Positions 1 through 8,907 of a stretch of DNA of 32,000 bases are shown piece after piece (position 1 is the first letter of the stretch; every line of letters begins with the position of its first letter). Both the position numbers and the translations under genes were made by a program. The notes beneath the pieces were generated by a model. The model was not told the origin of the DNA, did no database searches, and saw only the letters and a program-made list of their open reading frames with translations. Source of the DNA: Coprobacillaceae bacterium (lineage in GTDB: Bacteria; Bacillota_I; Bacilli_A; Erysipelotrichales; Coprobacillaceae); the NCBI GenBank assembly GCA_963675915.1, contig OY780959.1:2190001-2222000 (forward strand), given 5' to 3'.

Positions 1-816
1 ACTTTGCTCAATGATAACAAGAAAATTTCCCGATTAAATCGGGAAACACTGATTGAGGCGCAGCGCCAAGGCTATATAGTTGCGTTGGCAACCGGACGGA
101 ATTTCCATTCGATGGACCAGATTATTGCTGATTTAAAAATGGATCAGTTCAAAAGCGGCTATACTGTCGGAATCAACGGCATGCAGATCTATGATTTTAA
201 AAGGGACAAGTATCTAAAAACTGAGGGAATCAGTGCGGACGCAACAGCCAAAATCCAAAATCTGATGGCAAGAAACAATTGTCTGTCATTTTACTTCAGT
301 GATCAAGGCGTGATTTGTCTTTATAGCAAAATTATGGTTCCGTTTTTCAAGAATGGATTTGTGCGCCGAATTATCAACCGCTATGTTGCCGCAAGCAATC
401 ACATCGAGGTCACTTTCAAGTCGCATCGTTACAGTTTGGAAAAATCCTACGATAAAATATGCTTTATCGTTTTCAATCGTCAAAAATTAAGACGGATCAG
501 CGAAACGTTGGGGAATGACTATCGGATTCTTAAAGTGGGTCGTCGTTGGGTCGAAATCATCCCCAAAGAAGTCTCCAAATCAAATCGGTTAAAAGAAATA
601 ATGGCAATGGAGGGCGTGGCTCCCGAAGAGATGATTGTTTTTGGTGATAGTGAGAATGATGTCGATATGTTTGGGTTGACGGCCAATTCATATGCTGTCG
701 CAAATGGCTTGCCTGATGTGAGAAAAGCAGCCCAAAATATCATTTCCAGCAATAACGACGATGGAGTTGGAAAAGAAATCCGAAAGATAATCAGTGAGGG
801 TCAAACAGTTGAATGA
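1..816 (+). CDS. Cof-type HAD-IIB phosphatase, 5' end cut by the window edge
   Basis: The frame is open from nt 1. LLNDNKKIS..ALATGRN..FGDSENDVDM..NDDGVG match Cof/YidA-like HAD motifs II-IV. The DxD motif I must lie upstream of the window. TGA stop at 814-816. Confidence 0.8.
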   Translation, partial: TLLNDNKKISRLNRETLIEAQRQGYIVALATGRNFHSMDQIIADLKMDQFKSGYTVGINGMQIYDFKRDKYLKTEGISADATAKIQNLMARNNCLSFYFSDQGVICLYSKIMVPFFKNGFVRRIINRYVAASNHIEVTFKSHRYSLEKSYDKICFIVFNRQKLRRISETLGNDYRILKVGRRWVEIIPKEVSKSNRLKEIMAMEGVAPEEMIVFGDSENDVDMFGLTANSYAVANGLPDVRKAAQNIISSNNDDGVGKEIRKIISEGQTVE

Positions 817-843
817 AAAAGTGTTTTTCTGGGACGAAAATAG

Positions 844-873
844 TTGATAAAAGCAAACTATATTTGATACAAT
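844..873 (+). promoter_or_regulatory. sigma-70-type promoter for the MATE gene
   Basis: TTGATA (844-849), 18-nt spacer, TACAAT (868-873), preceded by TG at 865-866 (extended -10 TGaTACAAT). Confidence 0.45.
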
Positions 874-897
874 TGTATTTCAGGAGGGCACTTGATT

Positions 898-2250
898 ATG
901 GAAAGAGATATGACAAAGGGGTCGCCATTAAAACATATATTACTATTTACTATCCCGGTTTTTTTAGGTAACCTTTTTCAGCAGTTTTATAATATAGTTG
1001 ATGCAATAATTGTCGGGCGCTTATTGGGCGAAAATGCGCTTGCGGCAGTAGGATGCACCGGTTCGATTATGTTCCTTGTTGTCGGTTTTGCCTTAGGGAT
1101 GACTCAGGGGTTTGGAATTGGGATTTCAAGGGCATATGGACAAAAGGATTTCAAGCGGTTAAAACACCTTGTCTTTGTCACCCTGGTCCTTGGCGGGATC
1201 ATTGCAACAACACTAACACTGGTGGCAACCGGTTTTTCATACCGGATTCTGGCGTTGATGAACACTCCGGAAAATATCATCGACCTAGCCAACAGTTACA
1301 TTGTAATCATTTACCTGGGGATGCTGCCGCTGATTTATTACAATATTGCAGGAGCTATCTTGCGGGGAATCGGAGACAGTCGGACACCGCTGTATTTTTT
1401 GATTATTTCATCATTGCTTAACATCTTTTTCGATTACTCGTTCATTACTTTTTTTCATATGAGTGTCAACGGAGCAGCTCTGGCAACCGTAACTGCCCAA
1501 GGGATTGCAATGGTCCTGGTGTTCATCTATATGTTCTCCCGGTTTGAAATTTTACAATTCAAACGTGAACATTGCTACCTTGACTTGGAGTCGGTATCAT
1601 TTCTGATGAAAATCGGGATTCCGATGGCCTTGAATTTTTCAGTGATATCGATCGGGTTTATGATTCTTCAAAGCGCAGTCAATTCATTTGGATCCAGTGC
1701 GGTTGCCGCATTCACCGGAGCATCGCGGGTTGAGAATATCATAATCCAGGTGCTGCCGGCCTTGGGAGCCGGAGTGGCAACTTATTGCGGTCAGAATTAT
1801 GGTGCAGGAGAGTATCAACGAATAATCAAAGGAGTCAATCAGGCTGCTGTTTTCTCGGTGGTGCTGGCGGTTTTGGCGATGCTTCTACTGACATTATTTG
1901 GCGAATCGGGTGTTCGCTTGTTCCTGCAAAATCCATCCAATGAAGTGATTGGATATGCAAATCGATATTTGGAAAACATCCGATACATGCTGCCATTGTT
2001 GGGATTGCTTTTTGTGTATCGCAGCTCACTCCAGGCGATGGACATGCAATTCATTCCCTTGCTTTCGGGGGTTTTAGAATTACTGGCTCGTTTTGTCGTT
2101 TGCGGGCTATTGCTTAATCAACTGGGATATTTGGCAATTCCGTACGGTGAGGTCGGATCATGGTTGCTGGCAAGCACAATTTTGGCAATTGCATATATCT
2201 ACTGGTATCGCAGGAATTATCAACTTGAATTATGTGAAGACAAAATCTAG
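898..2250 (+). CDS. MATE family multidrug/toxin efflux transporter
   Basis: Hydrophobic, polytopic membrane protein by eye. The N-terminal block PVFLGNLFQQFYNIVDAIIVGRLLGENALAAVG is typical of MATE/NorM. ATG 898 lies 9 nt after GGAGGG (883-888); TTG 892 is too close to the RBS. Confidence 0.88.
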   Translation: MERDMTKGSPLKHILLFTIPVFLGNLFQQFYNIVDAIIVGRLLGENALAAVGCTGSIMFLVVGFALGMTQGFGIGISRAYGQKDFKRLKHLVFVTLVLGGIIATTLTLVATGFSYRILALMNTPENIIDLANSYIVIIYLGMLPLIYYNIAGAILRGIGDSRTPLYFLIISSLLNIFFDYSFITFFHMSVNGAALATVTAQGIAMVLVFIYMFSRFEILQFKREHCYLDLESVSFLMKIGIPMALNFSVISIGFMILQSAVNSFGSSAVAAFTGASRVENIIIQVLPALGAGVATYCGQNYGAGEYQRIIKGVNQAAVFSVVLAVLAMLLLTLFGESGVRLFLQNPSNEVIGYANRYLENIRYMLPLLGLLFVYRSSLQAMDMQFIPLLSGVLELLARFVVCGLLLNQLGYLAIPYGEVGSWLLASTILAIAYIYWYRRNYQLELCEDKI

Positions 2251-2266
2251 GGTTTTGTCTTTTTTG
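2237..2266 (+). terminator. intrinsic terminator overlapping the MATE stop codon
   Basis: AAGACAAAA (2237-2245) pairs with TTTTGTCTT (2253-2261), followed by a T-run. Confidence 0.5.
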
Positions 2267-2326
2267 AGTCGTAACGCTTTTTTTGTAAGTTCAAATATAG
2301 TAATATTAAATGAAGAGGTGTTTTTT

Positions 2327-3754
2327 ATGCAGGGATATGTAATTAGAATTGGTAGTAGTGCCAACAAAAATAATTTTTATGATGTGGTAATCCAGGAAAA
2401 GACAACTCTGGATCAAATAGCCATCATTGCAGCAACGATATTGAACGACGAACTTGATGACGGTTATGAAATTGCAGCAATGGACAGCGTTTTTTCCCGC
2501 CATCTGGAGAAGGTTGGGGATCTCGATAAAACAATTCCATGGGTTGACAGCCGTGAAGTGAATGTCGCGAGCATTTTCGATCCCTTGGTCGAATATATGA
2601 ATATCAAGAATCGGGATTCCGATATTTTTGTCTACTTTGTCAATATCACCGACAAAGCCAAAAAATATCCGGAAATAATCAATTCCAACGATCGGGAATA
2701 TGTATCCAAAAACCAGAAATTGGTCAGTCTCGAAGTCGGGGCGGGCAAACTGGATTCCAAATATGTCAAGCAAGTGAACCAGGTCCTCACTCAAGTAAAT
2801 GAGGGTCTCAAGGAACGGGATTTTTATCACTTTACGGTGATCAGGATCGATGATGTTTTTTATGTCATCAACAACATCCGGACTTTAAATATTCAGATAT
2901 ATTTCAATGAACATGATTATGTTTTGGGACACGAGAATTGCTTCCCAGAACAGACATTGAGTCTTTACAAACACTGCTATTACGTTTCCCTGCTCAAAGA
3001 GGGTTTTGGCGGGGTCAAGTTCAATTTCGGCCTGGGGGACAGTAATCTCACCAACTATGATGTCAGCCTGATTGATTTTTATCTGACAAAATTATTGGAA
3101 ATGATCAACGATCAAGATACCCAGATTCAAAGCAAAAAACCCAAAGGATATTATCAATATGATAAAGAAATGAAATTGCTCAAATACCAACCCGTTATGA
3201 AACTTGAAGATCTGATTGGACAGCGCATCAGATTGAGCAGACCGGAAAACCGGTTCAATTTTGCCAGAAATAGGAATGTGCCGCAAATTTCAATCGATTT
3301 GGCTTATGGGATCGAGAGTGAAAATATCATTATGGCGATTTCTAATCCAATCAACACGATCATTCCGGTCAAAGGATACAGTTTCGACTCCCTGGTTGCC
3401 AATATTATCAAGGTGATGCAGCACTATTCAACAATCGGATACAACTTCATCACTGTAAAAACCGATGATTTCAATCTCTACACCATTATCCGATGTGCGC
3501 AGGATATCCTTAATACGGATATTGTTTACGATAAGGGCGACAGCAGTGTCGAGAAAGTGATGCGGAAAAAGGATGACAGTGAAGGTTCGTATTATTTCAA
3601 TCATTACCGCAAATATGAGGAATTTCTCGATCCTGAGTTCAAGGATTTTCTGGAATATTCCCATTCGTATAAAACAGCGAATTATCTGATGTCGGGCAAA
3701 GACAAATCGGGGGCGGTCTACGAGATGGAGAAATTTATCAAGAAATACAAGTAG
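2327..3754 (+). CDS. hypothetical protein, 475 aa, no recognised domain
   Basis: ATG 2327 lies 7 nt after GAAGAGGTG (2312-2320). The ORF-track start at 2093 would overlap the MATE gene by 158 nt and has no RBS. Long uninterrupted frame with codon use like its neighbours. No signal peptide or TM segment, and no motif I can name. Confidence 0.7.
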   Translation: MQGYVIRIGSSANKNNFYDVVIQEKTTLDQIAIIAATILNDELDDGYEIAAMDSVFSRHLEKVGDLDKTIPWVDSREVNVASIFDPLVEYMNIKNRDSDIFVYFVNITDKAKKYPEIINSNDREYVSKNQKLVSLEVGAGKLDSKYVKQVNQVLTQVNEGLKERDFYHFTVIRIDDVFYVINNIRTLNIQIYFNEHDYVLGHENCFPEQTLSLYKHCYYVSLLKEGFGGVKFNFGLGDSNLTNYDVSLIDFYLTKLLEMINDQDTQIQSKKPKGYYQYDKEMKLLKYQPVMKLEDLIGQRIRLSRPENRFNFARNRNVPQISIDLAYGIESENIIMAISNPINTIIPVKGYSFDSLVANIIKVMQHYSTIGYNFITVKTDDFNLYTIIRCAQDILNTDIVYDKGDSSVEKVMRKKDDSEGSYYFNHYRKYEEFLDPEFKDFLEYSHSYKTANYLMSGKDKSGAVYEMEKFIKKYK

Positions 3755-3789
3755 GTCCTGAAGAGCGATGCTTCTAAAAGGGGGATTTT

Positions 3790-4671
3790 ATGAAGAAAAT
3801 CATATTTTTGATTACGGCAATATTGCTGACGGGATGCACTCCGGCAACTCAAAGCAGCGACGCAATAACCGTATATACGACATTTTATGTGATGAGTGAA
3901 TTTGTTCAGGACATTGGCGGCGACTACGTCGAGGTCCACCAGTTGGTACCCAATGGGGCCGAGGCTCATGATTATGAGCCCAAAACAAGCGATGTCGCCG
4001 GAGTGGCTGATGCCGATATGTTTGTTTATAACAGTGACTATATGGAACATTATGCTGACGACATCATCGAAAGTGCTTCGAATGAAAATTTGGTGGTTGT
4101 GGAAGCGGCCCGGGATATTGACTTTCTGGTAAGCGAACAGGGGCAAGACCCCCATACCTGGCTTTCACTTGAAAATGCGCAACGGGAGCTTGATGCGATA
4201 CTCCAGGCTTTGATTCAGCTAGACAGCGAACATGAAGACTATTATCAGTCGAATTATGACAATTATGTCAGCCAACTCCAGCTCCTGGATCAAGAATACG
4301 CAAGCAGGTTGGCCGGATTCGATAAACGGGAAATTGTAGTGGAACATGAGGCGTTCGCTTATTTGTGCGCGGACTATGACATTATTCAAAATTCGGTTAC
4401 CGGGATTACAATCGAGGGTGAGGCCACATCCAGGCAAATTGCCCAGACAATCGATTTTATCAATGAAAATGAAATCAAGGTGATTTTCTACCAGGAGTCG
4501 CTCAGCAGTGATATCATGGCTACAATTGTCAATGAGACTGGATGTAAACTGTTACCGCTTAATACAATCGCATCACTGTCAAATAGCGATATTGAGGCGG
4601 GAAAGAACTACATTTCCCTGATGGAAGATAATTTGGAGAATATTGTATATGCCTTTGAAAAAATTAATTGA
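3790..4671 (+). CDS. metal (Zn/Mn-type, cluster A-I) ABC transporter substrate-binding lipoprotein
   Basis: Lipobox LLTGC after a hydrophobic N-terminus. AEAHDYEP and DPHTWLS metal-ligand motifs are typical of the ZnuA/TroA/AdcA family. RBS AAGGGGGA upstream. Confidence 0.85.
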   Translation: MKKIIFLITAILLTGCTPATQSSDAITVYTTFYVMSEFVQDIGGDYVEVHQLVPNGAEAHDYEPKTSDVAGVADADMFVYNSDYMEHYADDIIESASNENLVVVEAARDIDFLVSEQGQDPHTWLSLENAQRELDAILQALIQLDSEHEDYYQSNYDNYVSQLQLLDQEYASRLAGFDKREIVVEHEAFAYLCADYDIIQNSVTGITIEGEATSRQIAQTIDFINENEIKVIFYQESLSSDIMATIVNETGCKLLPLNTIASLSNSDIEAGKNYISLMEDNLENIVYAFEKIN

Positions 4672-5302
4672 GCTTCAGGATCTTGATTTTGGCTATGGTG
4701 ATTACGAAATATTCAAAGGTCTTAATTTCAGTGTCACCGAAGGGGAAATTGTCGGTCTCTATGGCGAAAACGGATGCGGGAAATCGACACTTTTGAAACT
4801 GATGATCAAAGAACTCAAGCCGCAATCAGGGCGGGTGAAATATGATCATGAAGATATCAGGATCAGTATTTTGGGTCAAAGCGACCGGGATATGATCAAA
4901 GGGAGTCCTCTGACAGTTGAGGAACTGCTGATGATGTATCATATCAATTCAATCAAGAATATGCCCAAAAGCAAAACTCGAAAGCATGTTCGGGATTTGA
5001 TGGCAAGATTCAATTTGGGTAAAATAGCCAAGAAAAAACTGACCCAGATTTCGGGAGGCCAGCTCCAGCGGGTAATGATTGTAAAAACTCTCTCTACCCA
5101 TCCGCAATTGATTTTGCTGGACGAACCACTTAATCAGCTTGATGAAACAACCCAAAAAGACATCATTGATCTAATTAATCAGTTCCATCGCCTGGGCAAG
5201 ACAATTGTAATCATTCTTCATGATAAAAAGCAGTTGGAGAAAATTTGTGACAATGTCTACGTCTTCAAGAACAAATCGATTGAAAAAAGCGAGGTGGTCT
5301 AA
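4649..5302 (+). CDS. metal ABC transporter ATP-binding protein (ZnuC-like)
   Basis: Walker A GENGCGKST, signature ISGGQLQR, Walker B LILLDEP. ATG 4649 lies 10 nt after GGAGA (4634-4638); TTG 4643 is the alternative start. Overlaps the end of the binding-protein gene. Confidence 0.88.
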   Translation: MPLKKLIELQDLDFGYGDYEIFKGLNFSVTEGEIVGLYGENGCGKSTLLKLMIKELKPQSGRVKYDHEDIRISILGQSDRDMIKGSPLTVEELLMMYHINSIKNMPKSKTRKHVRDLMARFNLGKIAKKKLTQISGGQLQRVMIVKTLSTHPQLILLDEPLNQLDETTQKDIIDLINQFHRLGKTIVIILHDKKQLEKICDNVYVFKNKSIEKSEVV

Positions 5303-6097
5303 TTGCTTGGTTATGAATTCATGCAAAGGGCGTTCATAGTTGGGATTCTGGTTGGGCTGGCGATTCCGCTGGTTGGCCAGATTCTGGTATTGCGACGCTA
5401 TTCGATGTTGGGTGATTCGTTAAGCCATACGGCATTGGCCGGAGTGTGCTTTGGAATAATTGTCGGCGTAAATCCGACCTTCAGCGCGACGATATTTGCG
5501 GTTCTGGCATCTTTTCTGGTGACAATCGTCGGTCGCCGGATGAAGGGCAATGAGGAAATCTCAATTGCAATAATCATGTCTTTGGGGGTCGGTATTTCCG
5601 GGATTCTTTCCGGTTTTATCGATTCCTCGGTATCGATAACTAGTTTTCTTTTTGGTTCGATTGTGGCCATATCCGACGGTGAGTTCTACACGGTGATTGG
5701 ATTGTCACTGCTGGTGATATTCCTGTCATCTAAATTTTATTACCAGTTCATGTTTTATTCTTTTAATGAACTGGAAGCCAGCCGCAACGGAGTGGCAGTG
5801 AAGTTCATCAATGGAATGTTTACCGTAATGGTCGGTCTGACCATTGCCATCTCAGCCCGGATTGTGGGGGCGCTGATAATATCCAGCTTGCTGGTAATAC
5901 CGGTGGCCTGTGGAATCTTGCTGGGCAAATCTTACAAGACGACGATGATTTATTCTGCGATATTGTCGCTTGCTTTCATGGTTTCTGGAATAACCGCATC
6001 CTTTTATCTTGATTTGCGCCCTGGGGGCACAATCGTGGTATTGGCCTGCGCGGTATTGATGGCGGTAATGGGATATAAACGTATTTTTGAAAAATAA
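5303..6097 (+). CDS. metal ABC transporter permease (ZnuB-like)
   Basis: Multi-TM protein with the LGDSLSHTALAGV motif typical of the ABC-3 permease family. TTG 5303 directly follows the ATPase stop and lies 6 nt after GAGGTGG. ATG 5321 is an alternative start. Confidence 0.85.
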   Translation: MLGYEFMQRAFIVGILVGLAIPLVGQILVLRRYSMLGDSLSHTALAGVCFGIIVGVNPTFSATIFAVLASFLVTIVGRRMKGNEEISIAIIMSLGVGISGILSGFIDSSVSITSFLFGSIVAISDGEFYTVIGLSLLVIFLSSKFYYQFMFYSFNELEASRNGVAVKFINGMFTVMVGLTIAISARIVGALIISSLLVIPVACGILLGKSYKTTMIYSAILSLAFMVSGITASFYLDLRPGGTIVVLACAVLMAVMGYKRIFEK

Positions 6098-6117
6098 ATT
6101 CATAAGAGGAGATAGGG

Positions 6118-7242
6118 ATGAAAAAAATAGTAATTGCCTGTGATTCATTCAAGGAAAGCATGAGTGCTATGGCGGCCTGCCAAGCGATTGAACGTGGCCT
6201 GAAGCAGGGGTTCAAGGAAGAAATTGAAACTACTTTGATTCCGATGGCTGATGGCGGTGAAGGTACTATTGATGTGCTTAAAACTGCGATTGCCGGCGAG
6301 TACCGTTATTATCACGTTGCCAATCATATGAATGTTATGACCGAAGTCGAATACGTTATGAAAGATGATTTGGCAGTGATCGAGTCAGCCAAGGTGATCG
6401 GTCTTGATCTGATTGCGCCAGAACAAAGAGATCCGACCGTGGCAACATCCCTGGGATTGGGACTTTTGCTTGAAGAAGTCATCAATAACGGTGCCAAAAA
6501 AATCATTGTCGGACTTGGTGGCAGCGGCACCAACGATGGTGGTCTGGGAATGCTGATGGGCATGGGGGCCAAGGTATATGATAATCAGGGTGTGGAACTC
6601 ACTTGTGAGATCGCATCAATCAAAAAAATTGCCAAAATTGATTTGGAACCGGCTCTGAAAAAAGTGGCCGGGGTTGAAATAATAATTGCCAATGATGTCG
6701 ATAATCCTTATATTGGCACTAATGGGGCAACAAGAATATTCGGTAAGCAAAAAGGTTCTAGTCCACAGCAACTGGATTATCTTGAAAGTTGCTTGGTTCA
6801 TCTTAATGGAGTTATTAAAGACGAGATGGATATCGATCTTGGTTCTGTTGCCCAAACCGGAGCAGCCGGTGGTCTGGGCGGAGCGTTTTATCTTCTTGGT
6901 TCGAAAATGCAAAAAGGGATTGATCTCGTCCTTGAAATGACCCGCTTCGAAGAGCGAATCCAGGGAGCGGCCTATGTTTTCACCGGAGAGGGAAGCATCG
7001 ACAGTCAGACCATTAACGGAAAGACCATCAGTGGAATTGCAAAAATGACATCGGCAGCGGATATTCCTTTGATTGGAATGGCGGGAAAAGTTGATTTTGA
7101 CATCGACAATCTTTATGAGATCGGTCTTACTGCTGCATTTTCGATTACCAATCAGCCCAAGACTCTTGAAGAAGCTCTCAAACAAGGCGAGATCTCGCTG
7201 GAAATGGCAAGTAAAAATATTGCCAGAATTTTAGACCTGTAA
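6118..7242 (+). CDS. glxK: glycerate kinase
   Basis: The N-terminus KIVIACDSFKESMSA, plus PMADGGEGT and GEGSID, are glycerate kinase family signatures. RBS AGAGGAGA upstream. Confidence 0.85.
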   Translation: MKKIVIACDSFKESMSAMAACQAIERGLKQGFKEEIETTLIPMADGGEGTIDVLKTAIAGEYRYYHVANHMNVMTEVEYVMKDDLAVIESAKVIGLDLIAPEQRDPTVATSLGLGLLLEEVINNGAKKIIVGLGGSGTNDGGLGMLMGMGAKVYDNQGVELTCEIASIKKIAKIDLEPALKKVAGVEIIIANDVDNPYIGTNGATRIFGKQKGSSPQQLDYLESCLVHLNGVIKDEMDIDLGSVAQTGAAGGLGGAFYLLGSKMQKGIDLVLEMTRFEERIQGAAYVFTGEGSIDSQTINGKTISGIAKMTSAADIPLIGMAGKVDFDIDNLYEIGLTAAFSITNQPKTLEEALKQGEISLEMASKNIARILDL

Positions 7243-7262
7243 CGGGGAAAAGGATTGTTATA

Positions 7263-7291
7263 TTGACGAATATCGATATTTGTGATATCTT
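7263..7291 (+). promoter_or_regulatory. promoter with an embedded 12-bp perfect palindrome (likely ArsR-family operator)
   Basis: TTGACG (7263-7268), 17-nt spacer, TATCTT (7286-7291). The spacer contains AATATCGATATT (7269-7280), a perfect inverted repeat. Confidence 0.45.
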
Positions 7292-7307
7292 GAACGTAGG
7301 TGATAAT

Positions 7308-7613
7308 ATGGAAATGGTAGATATATTTAAAGCTTTAGGGGATTCAACCAGATTGGAAATAATCAGATTGTTGTTGGAAGGTGAAAAATGTGCCTGCATG
7401 ATTTTGGAGGATGTTCCATGTGTCCAATCGACATTGTCGCATCATCTGAAAATTCTGGCAGATGCTCAAGTTATCAAAACCAGAAGAGCGGGGAAATGGA
7501 TTCATTATTCCATCAATATTGAATGCGCCAAAGCAATTGAAAAATTTGGTATTCAGCTTGAAGAAAGCTGTGCTGAAAAGTCCAACTACAGTTGTGAATG
7601 CGAAGGAGAATAG
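7308..7613 (+). CDS. ArsR/SmtB family metalloregulatory transcriptional repressor
   Basis: DIFKALGDSTRLEIIRLL.., a CAC pair (EGEKCACMIL) at the alpha-3 metal site, and the HTH QSTLSHHLKIL. Cys-rich tail CAEKSNYSCECEGE. ATG 7308 follows AGGTGA. Confidence 0.85.
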   Translation: MEMVDIFKALGDSTRLEIIRLLLEGEKCACMILEDVPCVQSTLSHHLKILADAQVIKTRRAGKWIHYSINIECAKAIEKFGIQLEESCAEKSNYSCECEGE

Positions 7614-7615
7614 TA

Positions 7616-7906
7616 ATGGCATTTTTTAAACAAAAAATCAAAGTATCAAAAGATAATGTGAAATCCGATGTTAAAGTATTGGGAGGAGGCTGTGCAAAAT
7701 GCAATGCCTTGGAAGCCAATGCCAAAACCGCTTTGGAAAGATTAGGTTCTTCAGAAGATATTGAACATGTCACTGACATGGCGGATATTGCGACGATGGG
7801 CGTAATGTCGACACCAGCTTTGGTAGTTGACGACAAGATTTTATTCACTGGAAAAGTTGCAACAGTAGAAGAAATTGTTGATGCAATCAGTAAAATAAGA
7901 GGATAA
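7616..7906 (+). CDS. small thioredoxin-fold protein (redox-active disulfide protein 2 type)
   Basis: Single CxxC (GGGCAKCNALE) near the N-terminus and MSTPALVVDDKILFTGK near the C-terminus. ATG 7616 lies 7 nt after AAGGAG (7603-7608) and 2 nt after the ArsR stop. Confidence 0.75.
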   Translation: MAFFKQKIKVSKDNVKSDVKVLGGGCAKCNALEANAKTALERLGSSEDIEHVTDMADIATMGVMSTPALVVDDKILFTGKVATVEEIVDAISKIRG

Positions 7907-7912
7907 TATTAA

Positions 7913-7940
7913 GGGCTTGGGTGAACCAAGCTTTTTATTT
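7913..7940 (+). terminator. intrinsic terminator
   Basis: GCTTGG (7915-7920), loop GTGAA, CCAAGC (7926-7931), then TTTTTATTTT. Confidence 0.6.
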
Positions 7941-7961
7941 TAAATCGCGAAGGAGAAGTTG

Positions 7962-8903
7962 ATGGAAAATAGATTTTTGTACTTTTTTAAATACCCTCAT
8001 CTGGAAGAAGAGTTATTCAAGGGGGAGTATCGGGCCTTGTTCAATCATGAGAATCAAGCTAATTACCTCTTTTCCAATATCAGGGTGGATATTGACAAGT
8101 CGGTTTATATCAAGGATGTGGTACGTTTGATTGCCGAAGCACCGAGTATGGATGAAGTGCTGAAAATGTTGGAAGCAAAGAAACTTGAGTATCGCAATTT
8201 TAAAGTAATCTACCTTAAAAATGATCAAACTCATGTGAAATACCAGGAAACTCTTGATATCTGTGCCCGAATATCAAAAACAATAGCGGGCAACGTCAGG
8301 GTCTCCAACCCCGAGAATACGATTGCAGTAACGTTTATCGAAGGCAAATATGTCGTTGGTGAAGTTGATCATGGCGACGAAAGCTGGAAACGCTTCTTGA
8401 ACAAGCCCTATACATTTTGCAACGCCTTGGATTTGCGGATGTGTCGAACCCTGATAAACCTGGCGGTTGGCACGAGTGATTCAATCACGGTAGTCGATCC
8501 TTGCTGTGGTATGGGTTCGGTAGTCCTTGAAGGTCTGGGACTCGGGGTTGATATAATCGGATTTGATATTTCACGGTCGAATTCATACCGGGCCCGTCTA
8601 AATCTTGAAAATTATGGATACGACGGTCAGTTGGTTAAAAAAAGCGCTATCGAGGACCTTGAAATCAAAAAAGATGTGGCAATAATCGATCTTCCTTACA
8701 ATCTTTATACGCCAATTACCAGGGAACAGCAGGAATCAATAATCGTCAATGGTCTTAGAATTGCTGAAAAACTGGTATTGGTAGTTCATGAGGAATACGA
8801 AGAACTGTTTGAAAAACATAATTTTGAAATTATCAGGAAAATGATTGTCCGGAAAACCGATAACGGCAAATTTAAGCGGATAGTTTATATTTTGAAGAGG
8901 TGA
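7962..8903 (+). CDS. SAM-dependent methyltransferase (UPF0020/Trm11-like N6-adenine or m2G class)
   Basis: Motif I VVDPCCGMGSVVLEG and motif IV IIDLPYN (DPPY-like). ATG 7962 follows GAAGGAGAAG. Confidence 0.7.
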   Translation: MENRFLYFFKYPHLEEELFKGEYRALFNHENQANYLFSNIRVDIDKSVYIKDVVRLIAEAPSMDEVLKMLEAKKLEYRNFKVIYLKNDQTHVKYQETLDICARISKTIAGNVRVSNPENTIAVTFIEGKYVVGEVDHGDESWKRFLNKPYTFCNALDLRMCRTLINLAVGTSDSITVVDPCCGMGSVVLEGLGLGVDIIGFDISRSNSYRARLNLENYGYDGQLVKKSAIEDLEIKKDVAIIDLPYNLYTPITREQQESIIVNGLRIAEKLVLVVHEEYEELFEKHNFEIIRKMIVRKTDNGKFKRIVYILKR

Positions 8904-8907
8904 TGAG

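Noticed and set aside
2093-2326. The ORF-track start at 2093 would give a 553-aa protein overlapping the MATE gene.
   Set aside because: The first 78 codons overlap the MATE 3' end and its terminator and have no RBS. ATG 2327 has a proper GAAGAGGTG Shine-Dalgarno sequence.
2251-3789. A Zur or AdcR operator upstream of the metal ABC importer or of the orphan gene preceding it.
   Set aside because: I found only weak A/T-rich pseudo-symmetry (TTCAAATATAGTAATATTAAATGAA). There is no TCGTAAT-N-ATTACGA or TTAACNRGTTAA match.
6616-7185. A 189-aa ORF antisense to glycerate kinase. Similar long antisense ORFs lie at 2306-2830, 7513-7848, 12411-12755, 15559-15882 and 27751-28233.
   Set aside because: These are shadow ORFs on the strand opposite well-supported genes. 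They have no RBS and low-complexity or odd composition, and the sense-strand proteins carry clear family motifs.
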